A stretch of DNA of 56,607 bases, the filler included, from Platydemus manokwari (lineage: Eukaryota), in the NCBI GenBank assembly GCA_037951405.1. It is 5 parts of 5 records of this genome, joined end to end, with 100 filler letters (N's around TTAATTAATTAA, not from the genome) between each part and the next. Parts side by side here need not be neighbours in the genome. Positions count along the whole stretch, not along the records: positions 1 to 9,545 come from JBBMOY011234320.1; positions 9,646 to 25,454 come from JBBMOY011236986.1; 3 more parts are not named here. One strand, written 5' to 3'. A model generated the notes under the pieces. The model searched no databases, was not told where the DNA came from, and saw only the letters and a program-made list of their open reading frames with translations. The position numbers and the translations under genes were made by a program. Shown here in pieces: positions 1 to 13,340 of this stretch (its first letter is position 1; each line of letters starts with the position of its first letter).

Positions 1-61
1 TGGAAAATTGAATGACAATGTTAATCATTGGATAGCTTCAGATGTTTTGACAATATTGTTC

Positions 62-195
62 AATGATTACAAGAATAGAAATGAATGAGATCTAATTCAC
101 AAATTGGATATATTTATTTAAATGGTCTAATAAATGTTTTGATATTTTTTTATTTTCGGTTTTTGTTACTTCGATTGTTTTGCAATTTTTTCGAT
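62..195 (+). repeat. ~134-bp direct repeat, copy 1
   Basis: Colinear with 923-1055; shares aatgattacaaga..gaaatgaatgagatctaattcacaaattggata..tttatttaaatggt.taataaat..ttttcggttt..ttcgattgttttg.aattttttcgat with scattered substitutions. Confidence 0.9.
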
Positions 196-214
196 ATAAT
201 TAATTTGAGTCAAT

Positions 215-830
215 TATTTTTTACTAGAATTTAAGCGGGAACATTTGTTTCATGCATCGAATAAGTTTTCTCCAGTCCAAAGATTAGGCTTGTAAGCCTA
301 GTAAGTAGGCTGTAATTCGGCGAATACAATGAGTTGAACGTGATTAAAGAGTGTGATAATATGACTGTGATGGGGTGATAGTTTGAGCCTGAAAGTGAAA
401 TGGTGATTTAGAACATATGTGAAAGAAGAAAAGAGGATTGGATGAATGAAATTAAGTGAGAGTGACAACTATGACAGTGATGAAAGTAAGTTTAATGATT
501 ATGACAAAGATATATAAGAGATGATAGTGGCTGCTACGATGATAATGAAGATTGATTCCAGATTTGAGTTGAGTTAATGAATTTCTTCCAGATGATTTTT
601 TCTGGGACACGTAGGTAGTCTGGTTGTTTTAGTTTTAGGTTTATTACTGGGAATGTGGGATATGTGTATACTGTAAGCAGACCGTATCACTTGTGTAAAT
701 AGTAAGTTGAATAGTTTATTTATTATTTTCTTGTCGAAACCCAAGAGTGTAAAGGCTTTATCATTTTCTGAGTCCCAAGAACCGATTATACCAAGATTGA
801 TGGAATCAAGAAAAGACAATCTTATCATTT
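215..830 (+). mobile_element. Putative LTR-like insertion, boundaries approximate
   Basis: GC-richer, purine-skewed block with TATA-like gatatataagag (~509-520) between the two direct-repeat copies. No TSD or coding motif found. Confidence 0.25.
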
Positions 831-922
831 ATTGTGATTTTGTATTTGTCATCAGTGCTTTCAACATGGTACGCAAACTTTGCAATATTTAATTCCTTTA
901 CATTATTTACATTATTCTAAAT

Positions 923-1055
923 AATGATTACAAGACCGGAAATGAATGAGATCTAATTCACAAATTGGATAAATTTATTTAAATGGTTTAATAAATTTTT
1001 TTATATTTTTTATTTTCGGTTTATGTCATTTCGATTGTTTTGAAATTTTTTCGAT
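923..1055 (+). repeat. ~133-bp direct repeat, copy 2
   Basis: Aligns by eye with 62-195. Confidence 0.9.
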
Positions 1056-1454
1056 CTTGATTATTTACATTATTAATTACAAAAGTTGCGAAGATCTGCT
1101 ATTCAAACTATTGGAGATTTTAACTCTATCGAATTTTAATTATAATAATTTTAATACACTCGTTGTAACTGATAAATCTTGTTAATCGAGATTATTGGGA
1201 GTACATAATCATTAATTTAAGCAAACATTGTGGGAGATTATTTGATTGTTCTTATTAACCGTTATAACACTCTTGTTTCAATCGATTTATTAACTTCTGG
1301 ATTTCTAATCGTGACAATAAATCAGGTTGTTATCAGAGATACACCTCAAAACTTTTACTTCTTTGCTAAAACGAATATATAGCCAACAAATCAATCAAAA
1401 ATAACACGAAAACCCAAAACCAATAATCAAATCAACTTATTAAACTATTAACTA

Positions 1455-1680
1455 CTCCAACACATTGTTGGGTTATCAAGAACAATTTGAATTTACAAAT
1501 CTGTATTGACTTAAATAATACACTCAAAGCCTCAATAATAACAATAACAAACCTTTACGCAATGCACAAAGAAAATCATTCAAGATGGGACTACTGATTA
1601 CTGAAATCACACATAAGCTAAGAACTAAAGTTATCGACCAAAGTAGACTGGCCACTGTTGTCAAAATGGGCTTTATTATA
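1455..1680 (+). repeat. Unclassified dispersed repeat, segment B
   Basis: tactgattactgaaatcacacataagctaaga..cgaccaaagtagactgg matches tactggttactgaaaatcacacaaagttaaga..cgaccaagcaagactgg near 26625-26695. Confidence 0.7.
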
Positions 1681-4499
1681 ATATTACATTGATTAATTTT
1701 AACAAATTTTTCTGGAATATCCTACTAATTTTTATTTTTTGATTTAAGCAAATCATTAATTGTTTTCTTCTAGAATATTTCTACGTATATTTATTTAGAA
1801 TTTTTTAATTATTTTTTTAAAAGTTCATTTTTTACATACTCGACAATTTAGTCGACGTTTAATCTTTTTACTAATTACTACTGGATAATATCTTTCAACT
1901 TTCAATAATTACCCATTTCGAATCAAAAGGCACTTAGTCAATTTCATCAGCAATTTACCATTGGGCCTAGTTGATCTATCGCGATTTGGTTTTGATTCCA
2001 TTTCAGCTAAACTCTCACAACTTGTATTTCTGAAACTTTTGAATTTCATATGAAGGACCACTGAGATGAAAATACTCGAATTTTCCTAATTTTTGTGGTA
2101 ACTGATATTAAACCATCGAAAAATTTATTGTTTGAGAATGCACAACTGACTCAAAAATTATATCCGATTTGATGAAGCTGATGATGAAAACACATTTCAA
2201 GCATTAGACGAACAAGAAATCTACTCATTCAAGAGATGTTTTCGATTTTCTTCAATCCCAGTCAAATTATCCAATCAAAATCTGTAATGTTGATATCATA
2301 CTTTGGATTGTTTTTAATCCTATGAAATTTTCAAACTTATTTTGTTACAATTGTATTTACTGTGACTTACTAACCAAATCATGTAAACTCTTCACGAATA
2401 TGAAGAATAAATTGAAAAACTAACGAATGTTTTCATAAACAATATTGAGTAAACAATTCTCTCATATTGAGTAGTGGGTGACTAAATTGATCAAATAATT
2501 ATGTTTCCAATCAAAACTGAGATAAAAAATGAAGCGATAAATTTTCTAATAATAAATAACTAGAAATTTCTTCTTCTTATTATTATTCTTATTTTATATT
2601 TAATTCTTGGTTGAGTGATACAATCTTGTTCTGGAAGGCTTGAGAAAGTTATATTGTAATATTTATTTTCAAAAAGTAAATCAATGTAAAAAATGGATTT
2701 TTAAATTCAAATTAAATTCTAATTTATAAAATATTTGATAACTGAAAATCCCATTTAATGTAGTAGTCTTATAAAAGAAACAATGATACTACATTTTAAA
2801 GAAATGCTATATAAAAGTAATACAAATCCATCGAACAATTTATTTGTCTTCAATCCAGGATCTATGTGATTCAATGATATCAATCGATTTCACAACCCAA
2901 TTGATGAGGCAATACATTAATGTTTTTCATCAAACATCAAATGATTTCTCTTAATGTCGTTGTCTATTCAATTTTTAAAAATATTAGATTCTATTTAAAA
3001 CCTGGATTTTTGTGAAATTACCTACATAAAATAAAATGAAAATTAAGAATATTATTTTCATTCCGGTATTATCAATGTAAAGTTATTTACATTACCAAAA
3101 AGAATAGATTATCAACTTTTAATTGAAACCAAAGATAGTTAAATTTAATCATCATTGATGGAGTACATTGGGATTGTAAACTTCATTTATTTTCGTCAAA
3201 CAATGTTGAATAAATTTTAGAAAGGTTCAAGTGATTTATGAATCCAACAACTATACCACTTATAAAGCTGTAAGCGATTATATGAAAATATAACAAATGA
3301 AAAATGATATAATCATCGCACGCTAATGAGAAGTATTATCATAATTCCATGAAATAACAGTGTGTCTGTAAAAATATTTGTAATTAATCTTTAATATAGA
3401 AATTTTGATAAATCAATTCTACAATCGAGAGTAACATAATCTAAAATTCTTTAATGATATAATGCATTGAAACCAGCACATGTTGGTGCAATTAATTTCA
3501 ACTGATAAAAATTATCTCGAGTTTTATTCTGATTTTTAATAGATCAAATCATTAAAGAGATTCTGTTAATCTATTAAACATTTATTCGTGTAAGTCCACT
3601 TTTATATTTCATATTATTTCTAAAATTAACTCAAAGGATAGAGTAACATCAAGATTTTATTTTCAAATATTTTCAACATTTTATTATTTTAAATAATATG
3701 AATTCGGGACTTTAATAAATTTCCGTTTGATAATTTTGGAGTTTAGTTCATGTTTATTGTTTATTTGGCAGAACTCGGCATTAATAAGATGAAGTCACAA
3801 AAAACAAATCAACGACTAAGAAATAATTTATATACAGTTAACCGACATACAAACAGCAGAAAATAGAATAAGTAATTGAGTTTGAAAAAATACGATGAAG
3901 AAAAAAACCAAATAAAGATTAACAAATAAAAGAAAAGAAGTAGCAAAATAGAAATAAATTCATTCAAATACAAATCAAAACTGATAGAATTATAAGTAAA
4001 TTTTATTAATTTTCTTCTTTTTATTTTGTTGAGTTTTTTTTATTATTCTCTATCAAAGTCTTTCCAATAATTCACTCTCAATTCATAATTTCAACACAAA
4101 GAAATTAAAATTCACTAATGATGGAATGTTTTCAATATCCAGCAATACGATCTTATACTAAATTTAAGTATTGATATTAAATCAAAAAGAGTAATTAGAT
4201 GACCTCTGATTATTTTATATAAATATATAAAGTAACAAATTCGATACAACGGTACACTGCTTGAAATGAATAGAAAAATACGAATTTGAATGAATCTGGA
4301 ATGAATATGTATTCACTTTCACGTATTTGTTTATGAAATTATTGTGCATCAGACTGTGAAATGCATTCGTTTATATACTATTTTGAGTTGTGGGCATTTG
4401 TAGTGCTATTATTCATTATTCATTTGCCATAGTAATTTCCTACATTATCATGACGATCTTAATTTTAAACTCAAAACAATCAGTTTACACCTATTATTT

Positions 4500-5230
4500 T
4501 CATGGCAACGTGTAATAATCATGAATGATAATTTTTGAGATAGATATTATTTAAAAAATATTATTTTGTGGAATACGGTGGAGTTTAAGCGAAGCAACTT
4601 GAAAAAGCTGACGTATTTTTGTGGAATTCATTGAATGAATTAGCCAGCAATTGAGAAGAAGATTAATTCGGTGCTTCTCACCGGTACTGTGTCTTCGAGA
4701 AACTGCCAGCGAATAATGGCAAAATTTATCGTTGGTAATTTCGTTGTTGATGATGAAGAGAGAAGTGGGCGATCATTGATTAAAGATAATGTAGAAGATC
4801 AAATCAAAGAGTTTCTGACATACGACAAATATACTGCATCTCGTAATATGGCAGAAGATCTGTCATTGGCTTGCTGATATCGGTTTTACGGTAATACCGC
4901 ATCCACCATACTTGTCAGACCTTGCCCCGTCAGACTATTACCTGTTTTTTCCTATGAAAAACTCACTTCGTGTGAAAACGTATCACTTCGTTGAAGAGGC
5001 TTACGATAATTTGGAGAAGTAGTTCGCTTCCAAACCTGCGAAATTCTATGAAAACAGTATAAAACATCTTCCGGAACGTTGACAAAAGTGTGTGGACCTT
5101 AAAGGTGACTATTTTCAACATTTCAGATTTACAAACGAATGATGTTTTGTTTATATTTCTCAATTTACATATTTTTTTATTGGCTAAATAAATATTATTT
5201 TTTATCGGAGAAGAATTTCGTTCCGTTCAT
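4500..5230 (+). mobile_element. Internally deleted, decayed mariner element, boundaries approximate
   Basis: HTH segment TVSSRNCQRIMAKFIVGNFVVDDEERSGRS (ORF 4671-4877) joins at ~4872 to the C-terminal segment VIPHPPYLSDLAPSDYYLF...LPER*QKCVDLKGDYF (degenerate YSPDLAPSD motif, two stops). TIRs not identified. Confidence 0.88.
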
Positions 5231-5236
5231 ATATAC

Positions 5237-5277
<41 letters not shown>
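5229..5277. repeat. Compound (TA)n(TG)n microsatellite
   Basis: Read directly. Confidence 0.95.
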
Positions 5278-8200
5278 AACAGATAGTTCTGACAAGACAA
5301 AAATAGTTTCATCAAACTTTAAATTTTTACAGAAATTTTTTTGAATAATAGTGTAAGACATAGTTTGTAGAAATTGTATTTACGCTTCTGATGACCAAGT
5401 TGGATATTGATTGTACCAAATCAGTAAATAAAGTTAATATAAATGTTAGTTTGCTACATTTATAGCGCTGTGAAAAGCATCAATCTATGTTATGCAAATA
5501 GGCGAGATAATAATCATCATTTATTAATCATTATCCGTTATTAATAGAGATCACTAAATATCGATTGTGAACAACATAACATTAATTCAATGAGATTAGA
5601 TTCAATTATTGTATTAAGTTTCAACGAAATTTGTTAGACAACTTTCAAAATATGAGATGAAATGTATGTTTTGATTTACTAAAATTATCTAAGGCGACTT
5701 ATTACAAATAACTTAACCATAAAATCTACAACTACAAACCATCACGATTTAAGAGAAGCTATATTTAATTATTGATTTCTATGAATAACGATATGAATAT
5801 TAGGTAGCAAGCGATCAATTGCTAACTTTGAATTCAAAATAATAATCCCATTATACCGATGAAATTCTTTGAATTTGTTTATTGTCGTTCTTTATGCATA
5901 CATTAATAACATTAGCACCAATCTATTTTAAAATTGGTTTCAATATATCATAATAAATATCAATATATTCAACATCAACGACAAACATTATTTTCAGCCG
6001 AATTTTGAATAAGAAAAAAAATCATTTCATGGTTTTATCTTGGAATTAGAAAATTCGATTGTTGTTGCATTGTTGGTGTCATAATAAATAAATACACTTC
6101 AATCCAGTGCATTTTTTTACAGCATCAGATTATTTTTCTTTCCGATTAAGCAAATCGTTAGATAATCTTATATAGATGTAATGACGTCATCACGTGCATA
6201 AGTAAAAATCAGTAATTGAAATTTGATAATCACGTGCCACATATTTGGGATCCCATTGACGGAAGTTGGCTCAATGCCATTGGACAACACACTGATAATG
6301 AAACATTTCATAAGATCACGGTCATCTTTGAACCGGATTCAATAAAGACTGGTGAAATAATTGACGAAAATCTTTTTTTGTTGAAATGAAGAGAAAATAA
6401 TTTTTGAAATCGATATTTAGCTGTTTCCTGGAGAAAACATGTACAAATAATAAAAGCACAGTAAATCAATTGAGATCAATTTATTTTTTTTGCTATTGTG
6501 ATTTATATCGTTGATCGTTGCGTATTTCGGTTGCATATTCTAGAAAAAGCATCAACTATCAGGGTGGCATTTGACTTATTTTATAATAAAATGGATTTTA
6601 TATACAAATCTCACCAGACAAATCAAAAAGAATAATATTCCACGTTTGTAGAAATCAATATTGTACACTGAAATTATTGATTAAAATCTTTCCAAAAATT
6701 CAATTTATAATCTACTAGACATTGTAAGCAATACATTTATAATTTTATTAATAAAACATTTGCTCAATCTGGTTTATTATATTTACGTGACCTGATATAT
6801 TTGGTGTTATTTTAGTCAATTCATTGGAAATTTTTTTTGTATCATATTTAGGCACAATTCAAACAATCAGACAAACTTTATCGATTGAATTATTTTACCA
6901 CTACCGACCGAAACAGAATGTTTAGATCAATTATTATTTATAGCCAATCACGGATTTCAATTTAGATAAAATAAATATTATGTAAATAAATAATAAATAC
7001 TGTTATTATTAGCTCTATTTTAATATGCCAGTAACTTTTCATTGTTTAATAGATAATCTCGCTCAACAAAACACAGTGAGATGACATCAATGTATTTGTC
7101 TGTGATCATCGGATTGTTTTGTGTACTAATCACACAAAGTCCATAAATATCAATAAATCGGTAGACAAAATTTTTTTAAATTGATTAAAAAAATAAAAAC
7201 ATTCACTTTCATTACCACATCTGTTGAATATTTTTAATCACTCAATACTAATCGACTGATAATAATAATAATAACTGATCAGTTTTAATCGATAAAACTA
7301 TTCTATGAATTTCTCAATGAATAAATATCGGGGCTGTTTGAAATTATTTCAATCGACACACAAATTTTCATCTCCACATATCACATTTTTTGTTCGATTT
7401 ATGAACACAAAACACACACACATACATACATTTCACCACTTTATGGTTCCAGAACGTTGATTTTATCAAATAATAATTCATAAATCATTGCATTCTTTGT
7501 TCCATATTTGGAAACGTTTTCGTATTAGGTTCGAGTCTCTCAAATGGAGCAAATAAACACCCTTCGAAATATTCTTAGTGTAGATAGACCGAGTCGAAAG
7601 GTCAAAATAAAATATTTTTTTTTATTTGGTAAAGAGCGAATCATTAAAAAAAATATTGTGATATTAAAATAATATTAAAAATATAAAATAAAGCAATGAA
7701 TCATTTATTAATTTTTACATTTACACAACATAATTCCTTGTTAAATTCACCATGAACAACGATCACGTGATCGAATATCGAGTTCTATATAGACAATGCC
7801 TAATTATGTATATAAAAATACATTTAAGAAAATATTAGATATACAAAATACCATCAAATTCACGTGCCTACAGTTCTGGTCATTACACACGGATAAACAA
7901 AAAAATCAATGAAAATTCAATAGAAAAATCAATAAAACCATAATAATAATAATAATATTATTAATAGAATAAGCACTATATCAATTTCTTTCATCACACA
8001 AGCATAGCCATTGACAAACAGAATCGATAAAGGGGGGTGACCAAATCGATAGATATTTGCAAATAACTTATTTTCAACTAAAAATCAATCAAGGCAAAAA
8101 TAGTAATAATAGTATTAGTGATAAATTCAAGAAACAGAAGAAAATTGATGTCACTTGTCCAAGAATAATTCTCCCGACAAATCGATAAAATTCCAACATT

Positions 8201-8302
8201 ACACAATTGAAATTTGTTGTCAAATGATTGAAAAAATTATAAGAGATATATATATTTATATTCATATATCGTTTCTATATATCTAGGTCTACGATTAGGA
8301 TT

Positions 8303-8452
8303 TTAGAGAAATTTACAAGTTTTCTTGCGTGGCGGTTTCGGACATAATACCGCACGAATTGCTTCATCAAAAACGTTTTTAAGACCCTTTTGAGTCAGAG
8401 CTGAACACTCCAGATATTTGACAGCTCCAATCTCTTTGGCCAATACTAATCC
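8303..8452 (-). CDS. rac1: Rac-family small GTPase, terminal coding exon only
   Basis: After acceptor cattatag| the minus strand reads [49 protein letters not shown]: G5 box ECSAL, Rac-type DEAIRAVLC, basic tail, CaaX CKFL. Paralog identity (Rac1 vs another Rac) is uncertain. Confidence 0.95.
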   Translation of the reverse strand, partial: GLVLAKEIGAVKYLECSALTQKGLKNVFDEAIRAVLCPKPPRKKTCKFL

Positions 8453-9545
8453 CTATAATGATAGAACTGATAATAATGTTGATAATAAAACCCAATATAT
8501 TAAAATTTAAAAATGAAATGTAAACAATCGATATGATTAATTAATAAATTGATTGCAAATCAATCACATAAATACAATGAGATAGATATACACATTCGAA
8601 TAATGAACATTATGCAAACATGAACGTTTAATACATCAATAATATATCATATGTGGTGTACAGATTATTAAATTTGTTATAAAGTTCAATTTATCAATAT
8701 ATTCGATTGTTTTACACAATCCTATTACAGCTCCATATATTTATTATTATTATTATTATTATTATTCGATCATAATAATTATCATTAATAATAAAACTCG
8801 TAGAGTATTGAATATAAACCTTTCAATTTATTTATAATGAAACCGAACTTTATTAATTCAACATTTTAATAATCTATTGAACGAAATCCCTTTGTGAACA
8901 GCACCAATTGATAAATCGAATTAATCAATGAAAGAAAATCAATAGATAATTAAAAATAACAAATGACGTCACAACCCAATGCTAATGACGGAAAACAGTT
9001 AACGATGGATAAGAATCGACATTTTATATGTTCGTAAATGGTCACATTTAGTCGAATTTTGATGATAACAATTTGTAATAATTTCAACAACTTTGTTTAT
9101 AATAATTATTATATTTGGAATTAGCACAAGTTCAACTGATGATGATGATGATAATGATGATGATGTTAATTAAAAATGGTGTAAGCTTTGAAACGAGCAA
9201 AGTCATTTATTGATACATTACATCTATACTTAACCTTACATTGAAACTTAGTTTTGTGTGAACAGAATCATCAAATAATGATGAACAAGCTACTCAATTC
9301 CTTGACCAGTGTGTAGTGATGTGAACCAATATTTTTATTATTTTTAAGCTTCATTTTAAAATCAGTGAAAAAGATCTGGTTTTTGCTCTTTTCCCAAAAT
9401 GTATTTTATGTTTTATTTACAGAACACGAGTAAGGAGAACATATTCTAACTAGATCTTAGTAAATATAAGAATTTCGTTTCTTTATTAAGTTGATGATAT
9501 TAGATAACACATCAATTTCAATCGGGCACATTACATCATGTTACA

Positions 9546-9645
9546 NNNNNNNNNNNNNNNNNNNNNNNNNNNNNNNNNNNNNNNNNNNNTTAATTAATTA
9601 ANNNNNNNNNNNNNNNNNNNNNNNNNNNNNNNNNNNNNNNNNNNN
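9546..9645. other. Assembly gap with six-frame-stop linker
   Basis: 44 N + TTAATTAATTAA + 44 N. Confidence 0.98.
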
Positions 9646-11379
9646 AGAGAAAGGAGAGAATATTATTATTAATCAAGAAGTAATGACTCATCCTAGATAT
9701 AAAAATCAATAAAGAAATAAAAATATAAAATGAACAGAAGAAGCAACACCGACGAAATAGTCCATATGAAACGGAATAATAGTTATTTATACCATTTTAA
9801 CATCGAAACACAATAAATAATCTTCTTAAATAAAAATTTACTACATAATATACTCTACAATCGTTCGAAACTCTCAAACCAGGACTTGAACCACTTTGAC
9901 CAACTATGATATTATTTTATTTGAAATATTCTCAATATTAAGAAATCAACTTTAACGTTTACTCATAAACGTTAAGTCTGAAATTTATGAATATTTTGCA
10001 TATTAGCTGTTGAAAAATTTCTTATGTTAACTTTACCATATCACAGAGTCAACTTACAAACTTAATTAACTGGAGCCGGAGCCAAACAAAATACAGAGCC
10101 TACTTCCCATCCTTATCAAAATATAAAGCTTAAATGTCATTTCATATTTAAGTTTGAGTATTATTTTTTTTAAATAATCACAAAATACATATTTTTTCAT
10201 TATAATTTTTTCAGCCAATTAAATTCAAGATAAACTGAAAAAAATCAATGAAAAACCTGCACCGATTTCAAAAATTTCAAAACCAGTTTAAGTGAATTAC
10301 ATTTAGAACTTCTAATTATTATTAACTATCGAAGCTAGTAATACACTCAAGCCTTACCGATTTCTTCTAGGAATTTCTATTTTACTTCACTGAATTTACT
10401 ACATATGCATTTACTATTATAGCGTATAATTATAAAAAATTTTTTAATAATTCTTAATATTCACCCTAAATAGAAGATTAAGTCTGAATTTTGAACTAAC
10501 ATTATTAAGATTAGGAAATAAAAATTATAGAATACGCTTTTAAAAGATTACTTTTCTCAACGAAAGTTGATATCTCACAACACAATCATTATAGGTCTTT
10601 AAGAATTCTAAAAATAGATGGGCTTATATTCTCCACAGGATTAAAGAACGCTCAATAATGAATCAACATTTTACATGGGTTTTTCTGAGAATAATTATCA
10701 CTGACACTGTGTAGCTTGTTTGATTTTATATCTATTTACGTTGTATAATTTTGTCCGTCATCACTGTGGGAGTTTTATTTCATTGAGAGAAGTCATTTTA
10801 TTTAACTCAAATTAACTTGTTCTGATTTCAGTTCACATACATTGAATTTCGAAGAATTGTATGCAAGCAAATGAAAGATATCGATTTTATGAATAAATTA
10901 TATGAATGTCAAATAGGGGGAATGGTTAATGTGCAAATTTTTTTATCACAGAATCCTTCTTTTAAGTTTTTTTTTATTATAATTCAACATATCTAGAAAT
11001 CGGACCTATCAATACTGCTGGGTACCGTTATTAAAACGATTGGACGGCTGTGACTGATCCAATGGATATGTTCGAAATGTTTCAACGCAAAAGCCTTTGA
11101 TAAATTTATTTTATTCATAACACATAATATGTTGTCTATATTTTCGATAGTTATTTATAAAATACAGATTGAAAAGGACCGAGATCGATAGATCCCTTTG
11201 ATAATCTACAAAATGAATTAATATAATTCCTGTGACATTTTAAATAATTATTTGTCTACTACTTATATGGTTTCTGTAAATTTCTAAAAATTCAAAAGAT
11301 TTCACCAAATAATATTTAGAATCTTAACGAATATTGCTAGAATTACAAAATTTTGTCGGAATCCTTTTGCTTTTTTGTG

Positions 11380-11770
11380 ATTTTTGAATGAATCGACTTT
11401 CTATTAACATTCTGTTTATGTCAGTAATTGATGGGAAATTTTTCATGATTCTCCTCATTATTTAACCTTTTTTTCAACATGATCCAAAATTATCTATTAT
11501 TTTTGACAGTTCTTTCCATAGATTGTGTCATAATTCATCAAATAATATTCCATCAGTTGCTCCTGTTATCCAGAAAATTATTGAATCAAATATAGATGAT
11601 AGGTTTTGGCGTCACTATTTTTATTTCTTTATTAATTATCATTTGATTGGATCGAGGTCTACGACTTAGTCAGTTCTCAGAGTTCGTTTTGACTCTCAGG
11701 TAGTATTTTGACATATGAACTTTGATTTTGCTTCTCCTTGACGTTCTCAACTTATATGAAGTTAAGTGGA
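11380..11770 (-). repeat. Unclassified dispersed repeat, segment C
   Basis: tctacgacttagtcagttctcagagttcgttttgactctcaggtagt..acttatatga matches 35308-35414 in the same orientation and 27150-27210 inverted. The 12-mer GAGGAGAATCAT is shared (inverted) with ~44720. Confidence 0.7.
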
Positions 11771-12233
11771 ACAGCGGAGAAATCGATTTGATTGATTTTA
11801 ATCCTATTATTGCCTCTACTATGGCCTCAATCTTGTCTATATCGGTCTCTTATTAATTTAATTGTCAAATTATTCCCAATAACGTGATGAATGATGCTGA
11901 TATTAATATATGATGAACTCATGATACATTATGGCCAACTGGATGATCAAAAACCAACTAGGTTTAATATAAAATTGTTCATTGTAATTAACAAATACAC
12001 CAATTATTACGTATATAATGAAATAAAATGGCTATAAATTACTACTTTTATCAGTTAATTATTTTAAATTAACTTTTATACACTTGAACGTTGGACAAAA
12101 CCTCTCAATGTGTAAATTCAGGATAGAGATGGAGGACCAACAAAACCCTTCGTGACTTTTGGGTAAGTGTCCTTTTCAAGTGTGTTTTCCGAGCTCGGTT
12201 TGATAAATAAGAAGAATATAGGATATGGATGTA

Positions 12234-12845
12234 TCTTACGTGATCCTTGGCGTCTTCTTCAGAAATTAGAATATTTCTATTCCCTTTCTATATTTCTATA
12301 GGGCATATAACCGATGGCAGCTTCGGTGAATTAGTCTTGGTTTCGATCTTCGATAATTAACAACCAACGCAATAATGGTTTCGATATCATTGGGCGGTTC
12401 TGGCATATGATGTTTTTACTGTCTTCTAGATGGCTGTTGAGTAATGGGAAAATATTGAGTTTGAATAAAAAATGCGCGCTTCATTTTCGCTCTATTGTGA
12501 TGATGTTCTCATAAATTCAGTGGGAATATTTTTCCGAAGTCAGTTATCATGCGGTTTTCATTGTTATTGATATTTAAAATACAGGTAAAACTTGGGTGAA
12601 AATAGGGTTTTTAAAATAATATTTTTGATTACCAAGTGAAAATAAGCTTTAATTAAACTTATTTTACTTAAATAATTTGATTTAACTTTAATGTTAACTT
12701 CTAATTTATCATAAAATAGTATTCAACTATTTTATTTAACGATAAAAAGATTTTATTATTAAAATCAATAATCATTTAACTTTATTATTATTATTAACCA
12801 AAAATATCCAACATTTAATTACTAGGGTTTTTCCTTTTAATTTTA
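12234..12845 (+). repeat. Unclassified dispersed repeat, segment A
   Basis: Ordered anchors shared with 25597-26310: tcttacgtgatc, tatagggcatat, tcgataattaac, ggcatatgatgtttt, ttgaataaaa.atgcg, catgcgg, aaaatagg, gataaaa.gatttt. Confidence 0.85.
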
Positions 12846-12951
12846 TTTTTAAATAATTTGCACATTGAATAGATTTGGGAATAAAAATAAAAAATAATAT
12901 TGATTTTAAAACCAAAACTTTACAATATAAGAAATTAGCTACTCTTATCCA

Positions 12952-13340
12952 CTTATATCAGAATTCGGGCCAAAATGTAAGTGAATTGTTAATTTAAAGA
13001 TCAATTTGCCAAAACCCCAACATAGACATTTAATTGTAAAAATATAACCTTAAATGGTCTCCAAGTAAATATTTAATATACAATGGAGATCATATGAAGA
13101 ATTCTCAAATAAGAAATACATTATTTTCATCTAATAAATAAATTTGTATTCGTGGAGTCTTGGATATATTCTCTGTTTGACCATGGAAATTAGAGCTTTA
13201 TATGGGAGATCTAGTGGAACGTGTCTATAGAATGAAAAAATATTTAATATAATTGCAATTCACTGTTATAATTATGATCTATTTGATCATTTATTGATAA
13301 AACGATAAAATATTTAGTTTGGAAGTGCTCAAACTTAACG
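12952..13340 (+). pseudogene. Possible decayed protein-kinase fragment
   Basis: LISEFGPK (DFG-like) before a gtaagt, then QWRSYEEFSNKKY..**..YSWSLGYILCL (subdomain VIII-IX-like) from 13081. Resemblance by eye only. Confidence 0.25.

Noticed and set aside
3130-3200. LNLIIIDGVHWDC as a Walker B motif of a decayed ATPase
   Set aside because: Isolated short match; no Walker A and surrounding frames are broken.
9590-9601. Recurrent TTAATTAATTAA palindrome as a biological repeat or CRISPR-like unit
   Set aside because: Always centred in exactly 44+44 Ns; assembly linker.
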